A DNA stretch of 64,000 nt from Sphyrna mokarran (Eukaryota): the NCBI GenBank assembly GCA_024679065.1, contig JAGIQG010000006.1, forward strand, positions 68,386,001 through 68,450,000, read 5' to 3'. Below the pieces are notes generated by a model, which did not search any database, had not been told where the DNA came from, and saw only the letters and a list, made by a program, of their open reading frames with translations. Below are positions 63,123-64,000 of this stretch, in pieces. Made by a program: the position numbers and the translations under genes. Position 1 is the first letter of the stretch, and every line of letters begins with the position of its first letter.

Positions 63123-64000
63123 ATAATGTGAGGCAACTATGTTGAGTTTCCTTGCCCCAATCTCTCAGGCTCTTACATTGTATGTTTGTTGTTCATTCAG
63201 GTGACAGTTCCTCATTACCTTGCCAACATTGCTGCCTCCTTTCCCTGCATTAACTGAATGAGCTTCAGCTGTGTTATTATTTTAGGCGAATGACAGGTGG
63301 CTTTTTTATCAGACTACAAAGTGCCGCAGTCTCTGCTGCTGGACTCTGTCCTATTTCTGTAGTTTAGGTGACTGGCATTTCACTACCTGCTTGGCAAAGA
63401 TGCTCTCACTGCAAATGTCAGCCTTCACTTCAATGGTGTTGTTTTGATTATCCAGGACTGTGATTCATCATCGCCTTACCTTGCTTCCATGTTCACATGA
63501 ATTGACTGTGGTGTCTGTATGATATACTCTGATATGCAAATTGGTGTCTTTCAAAATTTTATTTTTATCCTGGAATATTTAATGTTCGGATGAAAAAAAA
63601 TGACTGCATTGCCTAATCTAAGCATTGAGGGCAGAGCATGAACACTTAATCTGCTTGTCTGAAGTTCCTCTCTCAGCCATTTTAATGAAAATGTTAACTC
63701 ATTTCATTGAAACTGCTTATTGCCTCCGCTATGTTAGATACGCTTGTTCTGGGAAATAGAACACTTTTTTAAAAAATTACATACACACAGGTTCATCTTT
63801 ATATTTTGGCAGATTTTAGATTTGTGGGTGTGGGTTGGAAACTCGCTTAGTGCTGCAAACACTAGATTTAGTCTATTTTAATTATTGTACCTCATTAACA
63901 TGCCACTGGTCCATCAGCAGATTATTGTAGAAAATTATGCAGTGGGTCTTGCATACTCATCATTCAGCTAGCCCCCACAAAGGAAAAAACAATTTTAACT

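Noticed and set aside
1-64000. Prokaryotic systems (CRISPR arrays, operons, defence islands)
   Set aside because: The sequence is vertebrate-type, with no repeat-spacer arrays or dense ORFs.

Overview
Eukaryotic, AT-rich and strongly CpG-depleted DNA. The repeat content (CR1 LINEs with HER1-like tails, HE1-type V-SINEs, Penelope-like pseudo-LTRs, Harbinger-type MITEs) points to a cartilaginous fish (shark). I could not support any host protein-coding exon in the 64 kb, so the window looks like a large intron or gene desert. The only real long ORF (17854-18636) is the intact 3' third of a young CR1 ORF2; the other ORF calls are transposon debris or chance. The window is a layered transposon record: many CR1 fragments, L2, two RTE copies, an L1/Tx1-like relic, Gypsy gag/pol relics, solo LTRs, Harbinger Myb and transposase relics with derived TIR elements, and SINEs. 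Best leads: (1) a Penelope-like inverted-repeat element carrying two opposed minimal hammerhead ribozymes, one with an intact core (43226-43680), plus two decayed hammerheads of a second family; (2) a young CR1 whose 3' UTR seems to have absorbed a V-SINE (54991-55594); (3) two short local duplications about 1.1-1.2 kb from their twins; (4) repeat-free, motif-dense islands that may be conserved enhancers. All family assignments come from motif recognition by eye, no searches were run, and boundaries of old elements are approximate.
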